DNA of 63,680 bases, filler included, from Collodictyon triciliatum (lineage: Eukaryota), in NCBI GenBank assembly GCA_043381765.1. It is 5 parts of 5 records of this genome, joined end to end, with 100 filler letters (N's around TTAATTAATTAA, not from the genome) between each part and the next. Parts side by side here need not be neighbours in the genome. Positions count along the whole stretch, not along the records: positions 32,748 to 54,898 come from JBHJMP010000284.1; positions 54,999 to 63,680 come from JBHJMP010000287.1; 3 more parts are not named here. One strand, written 5' to 3'. This document shows positions 35,878 to 59,100 of this stretch, in pieces. The notes under the pieces were generated by a model. The model was given only the letters and a program-made list of their open reading frames with translations, was not told where the DNA came from and made no database searches. The stretch's first letter is position 1. Each line of letters starts with the position of its first letter. Made by a program: the position numbers and the translations under genes.

Positions 35878-38295
35878 TTAAGATAGGGTTGCCCAGCTTT
35901 GGTCTACAGGGAAAGAAACTCGGTGTCCATCCTCATCATACTCGTTCAGAAGGCTGTTGATTATGTCGGCAGTGCTTTGTGCAGCAATCTGGATGTAGTT
36001 CCATTCGCAGTTGGGGAGTTTGCAGGCAGGCTATATTTTGTATCTTGATTTCTTTTCTCCTTGTTTATCGAAAAATACACGCGAGCCTATATGTCAAATA
36101 ATGCGATACTTACGTCATATGGTGCCGGCGTTTCATTAGATAAGGAAATGTAGTTTATGGATGCAACATCCCCGCTCTGAATCAGACTGGATATGTTGTA
36201 GTATTCAATAAAAATGTGGCTTCCGAGTTGGTCTATAGACTCCTGTGGGATGTATCAGAAGATAATTTAATGAAGCGAAACTACATCGAATGAGGCTGTG
36301 TAAATCTATCTGGCGCTCCTTCTTTAAATTATCAATAATTGCGTATTGCATGGAATTGGCAAATTGTTACTTGGTCAAAAAATACAAATAGAATAGGGTT
36401 TTCATTGTATGTGCCATCTTCATACTTCCAGTCACTCTTCTATCATTTTTTATGGAATGAAGAGTAATAATTAGCTATTTTGTTCTGTCATTCATGTTAT
36501 GAAAGTAAATTCATATTATTCTTTCCAATTACATATATTAATTTTTGTTAAAGCTAGATGAAAAATACAGAGTAAAAAAGTAATAAAGAAAACAAAAACC
36601 AACCTCAGCATTTCTTGAATAAATGTTTGGGTATATGTTTCTAACATAATTCAATCTCGTTTTCTGTTTCTTCAGAAGCTAAAATTATAACCCTTCTATT
36701 AGTTCATAAAGATACTTTTACATCTTATGGAACAGATAAAGGAAAATGTGTCTATAATTCCGGCAACAAGAAGATGATTAATACCAGAATGCACAGCTCT
36801 ATTAAATACGAAGCACCGCTTAATTCCATGAATTCCTGAAATATCCACATATTTCACTTCTCAATATCATAAATCATGCATAATAGCATTATTGTTTAGT
36901 GTGATTTATAATCCATAATAATAATTTTGATATATAATTGCTAGTATTTCAGTTAATAATAACATATAATGATTATTATTATGATTCTTAAAATTGCTCT
37001 TGTTAGCATACAAGTAAAAGTAACCAAAGAACACGATATGTATCTACTTCTCGATTCAATTCTTCTTGATAGAGGTTTCTTAGTTTGTTGAGAGAATTAA
37101 GAGAATAAAGTCAATAATACAAGTGATATCATCGAACGAGGCGACGTTCGTCTTGGTGGAGAGTTTCTTCGACACGCCTGGACTGGATTTGGATCTTCAG
37201 TCTCACACACAGCCTGGTTGAGTCGTGCCCAGTACTGAGAGTCATATGAGGCTGATATAATTTGGATCTATGTAAATGGACAAAATGACGTAACTCAATT
37301 AGAAATATATAAGGGTAACATAAATCTGGTTAGCTATATAATGAAATTCGATGCACAAGATATTTTTATGTATGTTAAACTGATAAAGAAGATGATTATA
37401 AGTGTTGGAATTGAACCAAATAATTTTTAACTGAAAAAAATGATGGTAATGTGAATGCAAATAGAATTTATATATGTAAGTTACAAATGCACTTTTTTCC
37501 CTGGCGTTGCTTTTGTCGTGTTGAGCCATATAAGTATATTGGAACCGCTCCATGTAGACTTGATGACCTTTCTCTCTTTTCCTAGGGTTGCTTTAACCGT
37601 ATCAGTCCATTTGAATTTGTGGTAGGTGATTTGTCTGTCGACAAACCCATTCATCTTGAGAATATCGCATATGTAGTTTCGAGCCTGTAATATTATTTTA
37701 CAAATAATCAATTAAGATTCAACCGAAAGAATGAGTTGCAAATATTAAGATAGATAGAGGAGTCGACTTTCTACCAACCATTCTTCTGGATTCCTCAAAT
37801 GAATAATAAGTCTCGCTGATTCGCACCAACTTCTCAGAGTGATACATTATCGTGCTCAAATCGATTTTTTCATTCTGATCGGCGTAATCTACAGTAGCTG
37901 AGACAGAGGAATATGCATATTTCAAAGAAAACGAGTTGAGTAATTGAAGACGAGGTAATAAAATAAAAGAAAGATTTAGCAGTCAGTCTAATATGCAATA
38001 GAAACAAAAGAAATATAGGTTAAAATTCAATATACTTGCACATTTGCTTTTCAAAAACACAACCGTGTGTGAAAGCAACATTTTAAAAGGACGATGAATA
38101 AAGAGGAAGAAAAAAACTTTTGAAAAGGACGAATCATTTTATAAGCCGGATATGATCGGAACAAATGAAACGGATTTTTTTAATACCTGAAGAGAAAACC
38201 GAAGAAAGAAAAGTCGAGACAACAACCGTGAATGCCAGTGACCGGAGCAAGAGAACGCAAAGCCCACCAGACAGGATTCCACGCGCAGAAACCAT
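35878..38295 (-). CDS. Secreted/signal-anchored multi-exon protein, weak resemblance to the M28 peptidase fold; 3' end uncertain (stop at 35878, or a further exon to 35443)
   Basis: Hydrophobic N-terminus MVSARGILSGGLCVLLLRSLAFTVVVSTFLSSVFSS and a series of in-phase GT-AG exons. Motifs IISASYDS, SGASYLIEL and ILFVFFDQ|ESIDQLGS occur in M28 order. Confidence 0.55.
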
Positions 38296-39030
38296 AGATC
38301 GCCGGAGCATGTGAATCTCAGTCCGAGACAAAGACTGGTGGGGACAAAGCAACTTGTGCACTCACGCCCCTCCCGATTCGAGTCTCACTGCACAAAGGGA
38401 TCGTGAGAAAAGCCAGGCAGGCAGGCAGGCAGGCAGAAGTAACAGCGGCAGATTCGTTCGTCTTTCATGCGCGCCAGTCTTTTTCATCTGCACTGGTTTG
38501 ATTTATTGCTGATCGACAGGTCAGTTCTATTGTTGGTTGGCGATTCGTATATTCCAAATGTGGATTTGATATATTAACATCTACTTTTGCATCATTAAGG
38601 CCAATCGAACCATAGTATTGTAAATAATTAATAATCAAATATATTATAGACATAAAATATAGTTCTTGATGTATGTAACCAGTCACCTTTCAAAAGCCCT
38701 TTGGCATGGGCACGCGCACATCCAATCTACATACAAATAAGGACAAGATTATCTACATGCGAACATATTCTTTGAATAATCGTGAATTCTGAACAACAAC
38801 AAAAAACCTGCTATGTGTCCAATCACAAACAAGCGCCACGGCAAAAGAGACGCATGTAGGAAACTTCGTCGAGCCGAGATCATCCCACGGTTGAGTCTGT
38901 GAGACCCATGCAAACAAAAAGACTGGATACGTATAAGCAACCCACTTGTACTTAATATGTTCAATGGAAGATATTAATCACAGGGCAATAATATTAAAAA
39001 CTAGGTAAAGAAAAGCCGATCGCAAGTGCA

Positions 39031-42000
39031 ATGTCCGAGCGGCCGCTTCTTGGGCTTCGCAAGTATTACTCTGGAGTACCCAGCGGGACGCCTTCTCTTT
39101 CAACAGGGTCCACTGGGCTCCAGTCGAGATTCTTTGGAGGAGATGACTCTAATCTCAAGGACAAACTTGGGTTTTTCTTTCCTCTTTTCCCTTCTTTTCT
39201 TTCTTTTTTCTTTTCTTTTTCCTTTTTCCTTTTTTCTTTTCTTTTCTTTTTTATACTCTAATGTTTTCTTACTTTGCTGAAGGACTTTCTTGGGCGTCTA
39301 TATACCCACTTGCAACGGAGTTTTTGGTGTCGTAGTCTTCTTGCGTTGGGGATTTGCTGTTGGACAGGTATTTTATTATTCTATCATGCAGAATTGTATA
39401 TTCCACATTTTCACTTTCTATTACAAAGTCCTCTCCATCCATACAAAATAAATAAATAAAATGAAACATGTTTATTTTCTCTGCAGACATTTCATCTCTT
39501 TAATGAACTCACGGCCATTTATGATGAAATGAGGAAAAAGAAAAAGAAAGTAAAATGAGAGACCGATATCTTAACCACAACTTATCGATACTCAACTCAG
39601 GCGGGATGGTCCGGGACGTTTCTTATGCTTCTTCTTGGCACGGTGATTGCACTTTGCACAGCAGCTTCAATGAGTGCAATCGTGACCAACGGTGTTGCAA
39701 AAGGCGGAGGCGCGTATTACTTCATCAGCCGAACTTTGGGGCCTGAGTTTGGAGGCTCCATTGGAATCCAGTTTTATCTATCCCAATCAATCACGGTCTC
39801 CTTTGTGTGTCTCGGGTTGGCAGAAGTTCTCAAAACCACATTCAGCATCGAGATGGTGGACAACGGAGGAACGTTAGTCCTTCATTCACCATATTTCCTG
39901 ATATATCTGATAATCTAATCTCGATGTAACTTTATCTTGGCTCTCTTCTGTCATAATTCGAAGAGAAAACAAAAGTAGATGCTATTGCTTTTTTTCTCCT
40001 CTTGCGAACTTTTTTTCTTATGCTTTCGATGCAGGTGGGATAACTTCATTCTTGCATCTATCGCGCTGCTCATGGCTTTTGTCCTTGGCTTGCTTGGAAC
40101 AAAATTCTTTGCAAAGTTGTCAGTTTACATCTTTGGAGGAATCCTCTTTGCCGTCATTATGGGTGTTGGCAGTGTATTGTTCTCTGGAGAAAAGAGCCTA
40201 GAAAACTGTGATGGGCCTGGTCTTCTTGGCCCTTCAAGCTCCACCTTCGCTGACAATTGGTAACTTTATTGCTCACAAATGTTATATATTTTTTCAAATA
40301 TTTGTGAATCATCCTTTTCCTAGGTCAAAGTATCCCATCAGGCATGTACCTGAATAATCGAAACGTTAAAATCTATTGCAGGGGTGCAGAATACAGCTGT
40401 GATGATGTTACGAATTGCCCGCCTAATATTGGATGGATTGCTATTTTCTCGGTCGTGTATGCATCCATGACTGGTTTTTTTATTCTTATTATTTCTTATC
40501 ATTCTTATCATTTTATCTTGTCCGACTAATATAGTCTTTATCATGTCCCATACTCCCCACTTATGTGAACATACCACATGAAACTTTTCCATTTTTTTCG
40601 ACAGGCATTCTTGCTGGTTCCAATATGTCTGGCGATCTCAAAAATCCCTCCTATTCGATTCCTCTGGGGACTTTGCTGGGTATTTTTACCATGTTCATGT
40701 CCTACTTTATCATTACTCTCTCGATGGCTCTATCCGTCGATCGCACATGTCTTCGCACAAACTACCAAGTGCTGCAGGTTTCTTTCTGATTAATTGCAAT
40801 ATCTCTGAAAGTGGTGCATTCATTCTTTATTAATCTTTATTCCATCATTACTATTTCAAAATTAAAATAAATCAACATCCATGTTAGTGATAATGACTGT
40901 ATCCACTAAAATCACCATTACAATTTCCATTTTATGATCTATTAAAGTCCTTAATTAAATGCATACCAGGATGCTTGCGTAGAGCCATACATTGTGTTAT
41001 TCGGTACATTTTGCAGCACCTTCTCCACTGCTCTCGGCGGTATCGTCGGTACTGGGAAAATTCTGCAAGTGAGCTTAAAATCGCATATTTGAATTCCAAT
41101 GAAACATGTTCCTAATTGTCATCTTTCATTTTTTTTTTTTTTTACTTAACAAAACACAATTCCATAATTGTATAGGCCATCGGCAGCGATTCTTACTTTC
41201 CCAAGATTTCTTATTTTGCCGCCGTGAACAAGGATGGAGAACCTATGTAATGAGACATATCTTTCAATGGCATAAAAGACAGTATTCTTCTATTCTAATA
41301 TAAAAAACAGATGAAAAAAATGAGAAGTAAAGAGGGAATAGCAAAGCGATTAATATGCGTTATTTTATTTTATTTTTAGCCGCGCCATCGTTGGAACATA
41401 CATCCTTGCTCAAATCATTCTGTTTATCGGAGACGTCAACGCCCTTGCCCCATTCATCTCGAATTTCATGCTTTTGACTTTCACCACCCTCAACTTTGCA
41501 TGCTTTCTGCTTGATATCACGGGAATGCCAAACTTCCGCCCAACATACCACTACTACTCTTGGCCCGTTGCCCTCTTTGGTGCCATAGCCTCACTTGTCT
41601 CAATGTTTGTCTCTGACCCCCTCAAAGCAGCACTTTCGATTTTGGTAAGTGTATCTGTCCAAAAGAGCGGCTTTCTGTTAATGAATCTACATCGTGTTCT
41701 TTTCAATACGTGGTTTGTTTCCTAACTTACAAATTCATTCAGTTCGCTGTCTGCGTTTATATCTTGATATCGTACTTGAAGCCAAAAACCACATGGGGAG
41801 ATATCAGACAGGCCATCATATACCACCAGGTAAGTTGTAGCAGATGACTTGATAAAAGTTTGGCAAATAAAGTGAATTTTCTCTTTTGTTTTTCTCTCTT
41901 TTCTAGGTGAGAAAGTATTTGTTGCGTCTTGATATCCGAAAAGACCACGTCAAATTCTGGAGGCCGCAGGTATCCATAATATAATACCTACATTTCATTT

Positions 42001-43997
42001 CCCACTTTATTCTTTCAATCCTCCCAACAGAAAACAAAGAAAAAAATAAAGATTGAAAACGAGCACGAATGTTCTCATCATACTTTTCATTTTTTGAAAT
42101 ACTGAAATATAAATATGCGAGCAAAACTCAGATATACACAATCTATCGACAATCACAACTTTTTCTTTTAGGTGCTTTTGTTCTTGTCTGGTAAGGAAAA
42201 GAAGCACGAAAATATGGCCGTCTTCTGCAACGACATAAAGAAGGGTGGCTTGTACGTTATCGCCCACGTGAAAAGAGGGACAATGTCAGAGCATATCGAC
42301 TCTTTCCATGACGATAGAGACTCATGGCTTCATCGAATTGACAAGTACCGCCTATTTTTTTCTTTCAAATGAACCACCATTCTCAAATGGGATAAACCAT
42401 GAAAACCATTCATTTATCCTTTTTATTTATTTACTTCAGCACAATATTGAAACAAATGATTACTTAGTTGGAAGGTGAAAGCTTTTCTACAGCTTATTGT
42501 GTCCCCGTCGCTTGATGTCGGCGTGCAGACTTTGGTTCTATCCACTGGTCTTGGAGCCATGAGGCCAAATACTGTAAATACCTAATCAGACAATCTTTTG
42601 CCAAATTTTTTGTTCCTCTGTTCATAAGGATTCTAAGTTGCTATCTACAGCAGTTATTTCACTTAGTCTCTATTTGTTGTATTTTCGAAAGGTTGCATTT
42701 GGCCTTCCAGCGCAGTACTCTGTTGAGAAACATGAAGACCTGTCCTCGATTACCTCCCTGAATGAGCTTATTGCTGGAATCCGCACATCCTATTCGCTGA
42801 ACAAAAACGTTCTCGTCCTCAACAATTTTGAAGACTTTGACCGTGAAAAGATTAGAAACTTCATTCCTCAAAGACTGCAGCCTCGTGTCGACTTGAAGAA
42901 GCACGGACCAAAGGCTGGGACTACAATTGATTTGTGGTTCCTGGACAGTTTGTTCTATCCACTAACAGAGGCAAGATTTAATTTCTATTTTCTACCCAGA
43001 CCCTCGCGCTATTAATTCACTACATAATAGCAGAGTTATTAATTGCTAATCCAATTTTTATTTTATTTATTGATAGACATACTTATCCGTGAAAAATATG
43101 GGTAACTGTATTCATATCATTCAATTAATACCGACAATGCCTTTGTCATCACAGATACAAACAACCGTTGCTCTCCAAATGGCTCATATCTTTCACCGTT
43201 CCAAATTTTGGTTGAATCATACACGTATTCGTGTTCTTTTCATCGAGCCGCCAGGAACCAACAATGTCAAAGAGCTGTTCGAGCGCCTGCTGGACATGAC
43301 CCGTACCTTTGCCGATGTTATCCCCATCAACCTGTTCCAAAACGGTGCGATGAAGGACATTGTGAAGGATTTGCAGCTTGACCGGTATGTGCAAACAGTG
43401 GCGTGTGTTCCATTTCGTTGGATTGCAAATTGAATATACAAGATACGTCTGTTCTATATATATATTCTTTTAACCAATCCATCTCAGCATCACCTGTGAA
43501 TGTTATACCTTTATACAGCTCAAATTAATCCAAAAATAATGGCAGTGCCATCGAGGGTCCTATTGAAGGAGCCGAGGCTGCTCAGATGGCCTATGACCTA
43601 ATGTCACCCGTAGATAAATCAAAGGTACTTTCACGCCCACATGAGAAAAGGGTTTAGCATGCCGCTGTCCATAATTGTGATTCTTTATAAATTATCAACC
43701 GGACGATTGTCCTCGCACATTCACATATGAGTATCTCATGACATCCGATATACAATCCTCCAATCTCCCTATCTCTGTTTCTAGATTCTCAATACACTCT
43801 TGCGACGAAACTGCTCGAAAACTAGCGTCCTTTATCTCGCCCTTGCCACAGGCCCAGGCTACTTTGAGATTGGACAGGAGACTTCAGTCCAGGATGACAC
43901 CGAGTTTCTCCGATGCTTGGGTATTCTCTCCCAAAAACTTCCCCCCACCGCGATGCTGTTCCCGACTGAGCAGTCGGTTGTTGCGGTTGACATGTAA
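39031..43997 (+). CDS. SLC12A9: Cation-chloride cotransporter, SLC12A9/CIP1 (Vhc1)-like, multi-exon
   Basis: KLG|TFLGVYIP...VVVFLRWGFAVGQ|AG, SAIVTNG..KGGGAYYFISRTLGPEFGGSIG, TG|ILAGSNMSGDLKNPS.SIP.GT, PNFRPT, RKYLLRLDIRKDHVKFWRPQ, KKGGLY and GLGAMRPNT. Confidence 0.93.
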
Positions 43998-44272
43998 AGG
44001 GCCTTCCTCGGTATCGGTCAATTGCACCTAGACGCAGTCAAAGCACCCTTTCCTGCCACAAGACACATCGAAACCTCTTTGCTGTGAGAGTCGTCCAAGA
44101 AAGACACTCCTATGAACGCGATAAAATATTATTACAAAAGTCTTGATTCCAGTCCATATCTTTGCCGGCGGGTGTCGGGCTCAATATCATTTTTATTGTT
44201 TTGGAATATTTTCCTTCTTGCTCGATCGATGATGTCTTCATTTGTGCGCATGTCTGTGCTTTGGTGGGCATC

Positions 44273-54297
<10,025 letters not shown>

Positions 54298-54349
54298 TCT
54301 TTTTCCTTTTATTTAATTTTTTTATTTTTTTATTTTTTATTATTTTTTT

Positions 54350-54389
54350 GATATTATATTCATCTAACTATATAGATAAATATAATATC
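54350..54389. repeat. 40-bp palindromic hairpin element, copy 1
   Basis: GATATTATATTCATCT-aactatat-AGATAAATATAATATC (16-bp stem, one mismatch). Confidence 0.85.
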
Positions 54390-55290
54390 ATTTTTATTAT
54401 TTTTATTATTATTTTTTATTATTATTTAATTGTGACGTCTGGTTTGTTGGTTTCATTTCTTTTCTGGTTTATATTGTGAAAACACGTATTATGAATAGAA
54501 AGACGAGAGAGGCTCAGCATAAAAAATAAAATGCTTATATCGCAGCGACAAAGAGCTTTCATTCTTTTTGTTTCTTTTTCAGAGAATGTCATGTGTTCTT
54601 GTTGGATGGAAAGTCAATATATGAATACGGATGGTTTTTGCTTATGTCGGGGTGGATAAAGTACAGGGACCTGGTATACCTTTTTCCTATTTTGTCTTTG
54701 TCTGGTTTCTTGTTTCTTTTTTACCAGTTTCTTTTTCCTATTTCATTATTCTGTATTCCTTTTTTCTTTTCCTTTTTCCTGGTGCTTTATACTTAATTTT
54801 TTTTTGTTTTTTGTTTGTTTTTTGTTTGTTTTTTGTTTGTTTTTTGTTTGTTTTTTGTTTGTTTTTTGTTTGTTTTTTGTTTGTTTTTTGTTTGTTTTNN
54901 NNNNNNNNNNNNNNNNNNNNNNNNNNNNNNNNNNNNNNNNNNTTAATTAATTAANNNNNNNNNNNNNNNNNNNNNNNNNNNNNNNNNNNNNNNNNNNNTA
55001 TTCTCTTTTTTTTATTCTCTTTTTTTTATTCTCTTTTTTTTATTCTCTTTTTTTTATTCTCTTTTTTTTATTCTCTTTTTTATTCTCTTTTTTATCCTCT
55101 TTTCTCTTCAAGAATCAGTTGGTGTGCTTCAGTCGATCAGAATTCATACTGTACTGGCTCTAGAACATGAATACACAGAATAGCGTGCAGAATTTACTTA
55201 TCACCCACATTTTTATCGCCCACTTCCAAAGTCAAGCCCAGATCCCGAACCAAAGGAAGCAGATATCCGTCATCCAACGCCATCTTCAGA

Positions 55291-55902
55291 ATGGAGAGTA
55301 AGCAAAACTCCTTTCCGTCTTTTAACAAACATACAGATGCGACTTTTTCACTAAAGATTACTGTACAATGAGAAGAGCTGTAAACAAGCACCTTCTTCAA
55401 CGGTTCATTGATGTGATTCTTAATATCATGGACAATAAGTGACTTCGATGTTTCGCTGCTTTCTTGATTCAGAATCACCACACAAACCTGTCTCAAAGGG
55501 TACTTCAAAACCTGCTGCGAAGCCTCAAGCAGATTCAAACGCAGCGGAGCAAGGAAAACCAAAGGTTGGCGTGAAACCCAACCCCAAACATCCTGGCAAA
55601 TCCCCAGCAGAACTGCTTGACAAATCGCCGCATCACTATGGAAAAGCACATCACTATGCCAATCAGGCCATGTCTTCGCCATCGCACCTTGAAAAAAAAG
55701 CCTCTAAGGTAGCATTTAAGAAGCTGGAGGGATTACCTGCAGACATTTCTGCGAGTTCTGCTGCATCGTTAAAGAGTCAAAAGTGTATGTATTTTCATTT
55801 TATTTATTTATTATTTGATATTATATTTATCTAACTATACAGATAAATATAATATCTTTATTATTATCATTATTATTATCATTATTATTATCATTATTAT
55901 TA

Positions 55903-55958
<56 letters not shown>

Positions 55959-56063
55959 GCTGCTGTTGCTGTTATTATTGTTATTGTTATCATTATTTTC
56001 ATTACTATTTCTCTAAACATGTGCAAGATGAGAGACTTTGATCTTGATTTTATTATCTATCAT

Positions 56064-56099
<36 letters not shown>

Positions 56100-56109
56100 N
56101 NNNNNNNNN

Positions 56110-56182
<73 letters not shown>

Positions 56183-59100
56183 TGTGGTATTAAATTGGTT
56201 CTGACACCCACACAGCAAAGCAACCAAAAGAGAATAATCATGCACATGAATTCAAGGACAATCAAAAGTCCCCATATGCCAAAAGCTACCACGAAACTGC
56301 AGGAGAGAAACAGTCCGCAAAGAAATCTAAACGTGAGAAATACACCATGCATTCCATGACATAAAAACTAGTCAACTTAACTTATATCAGATTATGTATT
56401 TCCTTAAGACATTTCCTGATGAGACTCAAATGTCCTTTGTAGCTGCGAAGGCTTTGTACGAACCCTACCTGGACAAAGAGCAAATTACGCGAGGATTAGA
56501 GGTTATTACATGCTGCTATTTACTTCTATGTTCACATTGTTAATAAATATTTGCCAACTCCAAAAATACACATTTCTCTTATGCTAACGAAACATGCCTC
56601 TATTGCCTTTTAGGACGGCACTTTGTATGAAGGAGTTTTGACTCTCAGCAGCCGAAATGCGTTTGTTGGATTCGTCGATATCCCTGGAGTTGCACGTAAT
56701 GTGAAGATTGACGGATTCGTGAGTAGAAATCGTGCGTTCAACCACGATCGCGTGATTGTGCTTGTGGATCCAAAGTCCAAGTGGCCAAAGAAGCGGGAAT
56801 CAGCTGAGGCTAATGAAGATAACGCCGGTTTGGCTTTTCTTTAAAAAAAAATAATTGTAAACTGGTGCTTTATATACTATCTTTGTATACGCTAGCATTT
56901 GTCTAGCCATACCTCATAAACTTGTATATTTCTGCTTTATGTAGATTCCGCAAAGCTCATCGATTTGGGTGTGACACTCGGTGAACAATCAGCCATTGTT
57001 AGAGAAAGCGAGGATGAGAATCCTACTGCCGAGGGCGGCCATCACTCTGACGCGGATGTCTCCACTGAAGGCAGGATTTTTGGACTGCGCATCTTTCCCT
57101 TGCCATGCCTTTTTTTTTTTTTTGGAAAAAATCACGTGGCGCATCCTTTATATTACTTTATCGCAAACACTCTCGAGATTTTTGACCGATAATCTATGAC
57201 TAGGGTCAAGTGGAGGACGATCTCCTGTCATTCGGGGCTCTCATGGCGACGAACATGTACCTTCGCTGGATGGGATGACCGAATCAGAGAGTGAAAGTGC
57301 AGGAGGAAGTAATACACTACATCTAATAGTATTGCATGATGAGAAATATGTACCTGTTATTTGGCGCCTTTGCACCGCTCAAGAATGATGATTGTTGGAT
57401 GATAGACAGAAAATCACCATTTAATTTTGACACGAGTCTTTTCTATTTTCTCTTTTTTTTCTCTTTTTTTTCTCTTTTTTTTCTCTTTTTTTTCTCTTTT
57501 TTTTCTCTTTTTTTCTCTTTTTTTCTCTTTTTTTTCTCTTTTTTTTCTTTTTTTTTTCTCTTTTTTCTCTCTTTTTTCTCTCTCTTTTTCTCTCTCTTTT
57601 TCTCTCTCTTTTTCTCTCTCTTTTTCTCTCTCTTTTTTTCTCTTTTTTTCTCTTTTTTTCTCTTTTTTTCTCTTTTTTTCTCTTTTTTTCTCTTTTTTTT
57701 TCTCTCTTTTTTTCTCTTTTTTTCTCTCTTTTTTTCTCTCTCTTTTTCTCTCTCTTTTTCTCTCTCTTTTTCTCTCTNNNNNNNNNNNNNNNNNNNNNNN
57801 NNNNNNNNNNNNNNNNNNNNNNNNNNNNNNNNNNNNNNNNNNNNNNNNNNNNNNNNNNNNNNNNNNNNNNNNNNNNNTTTTTTTTTCTTTTTTTTTTTCT
57901 CTTTTTTTTTCTCTTTTTTTTTCTCTTTTTTTTTCTCTTTTTTTTTCTCTTTTTTTTTCTCATTCTGATCTTTATGTTTCACCTGTTAAATTATTTGAAT
58001 TGTCAAGATACACCTCGTGAGAGACCGAATGAAGACGAAGTAGCCAAACATCTTGACAATGAGCCCATCTTTTCACCGAGTGCTGTTAATGCTGGCAATG
58101 AACCTGAGGATGAGAATGGTGTTGAAGCAGAGGAGAGAAGAGGAGAGCTTTCTGGGTCTGAGGAAGACCAGCAAGTGCCCGGTGACGCTAAACATGTCGA
58201 GGAGAATGCTAAATCCGATGATGGTCCACACAAGCCTGTTGAAATACCTGCTCGTTATATCGTGCCTATCGACGACGGCTCAGACACAGACATTGTTGTG
58301 CTGAAGCCAAATCGCCTTGTGGAAGACGCACCGAAGAGCAAGAAGCCGGAAAACAGCCACGTGGAGAAAAGCCCTAGGCCCTCAGCGCAGAATACTCAAC
58401 GAAAGCCCAAGCAAAATGTAATCTATCATATAAATGTACCTTCCTATCTTTCTTTGGGAAAAGACCTTAATTCTAGTGAATTGCATCTGGTCACCTCCTA
58501 CTTTTAGTATTACCTTACGTGATGTATACATGTTTATCATATAATTTTAAGTGTGGGTCGTGACAGAGAAGGGCTCGTCCTCTGCACACCTACTAATTTT
58601 GCATCGCGTAGGGATACAATAAACCTCCACAAGACAATACCCTTTCAAATGTGCAGCCGCACCTTCTCAAGGATGTGGACCCTGGTGTCATCCCTACCGG
58701 CCAAATCGTTGCTGTTGTCAGTAGACCAATAGAACCGAAGGTTAATACCTGTGCTGTGTATTTACCTTTTGATAAACAAGATATGCTTGTGTTATCCCTC
58801 TGCCTCTGAAATTAAAGCGATCCGTACTCTTGTTCCTGTACAAAAGATCATAGGTCACTTCGCATCCGCACCGCCGCACGACAAAAAGACTAAAGGTGGC
58901 AAGCTGGGGAAAGAAAACAAGTATTCATTCCTTATTCCGCGCGACATTCGCATTCCAAAAGTGGTTGTGGATACACATACGCTGAATGAGAGGTAGGAAA
59001 TTCTATATTGCAATGCCTCGAACAAATGCGAAAAAAAGTCTAGATACTTTTATTCTTTTACTTTAAGACAGACTGGAAGCATCTATTTCAAAGATAAAAA

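Noticed and set aside
41970-42171. GTATCCAT donor in SLC12A9 as U12-type
   Set aside because: Lacks the full TCCTT consensus and a U12 branch; it has an ordinary pyrimidine tract.
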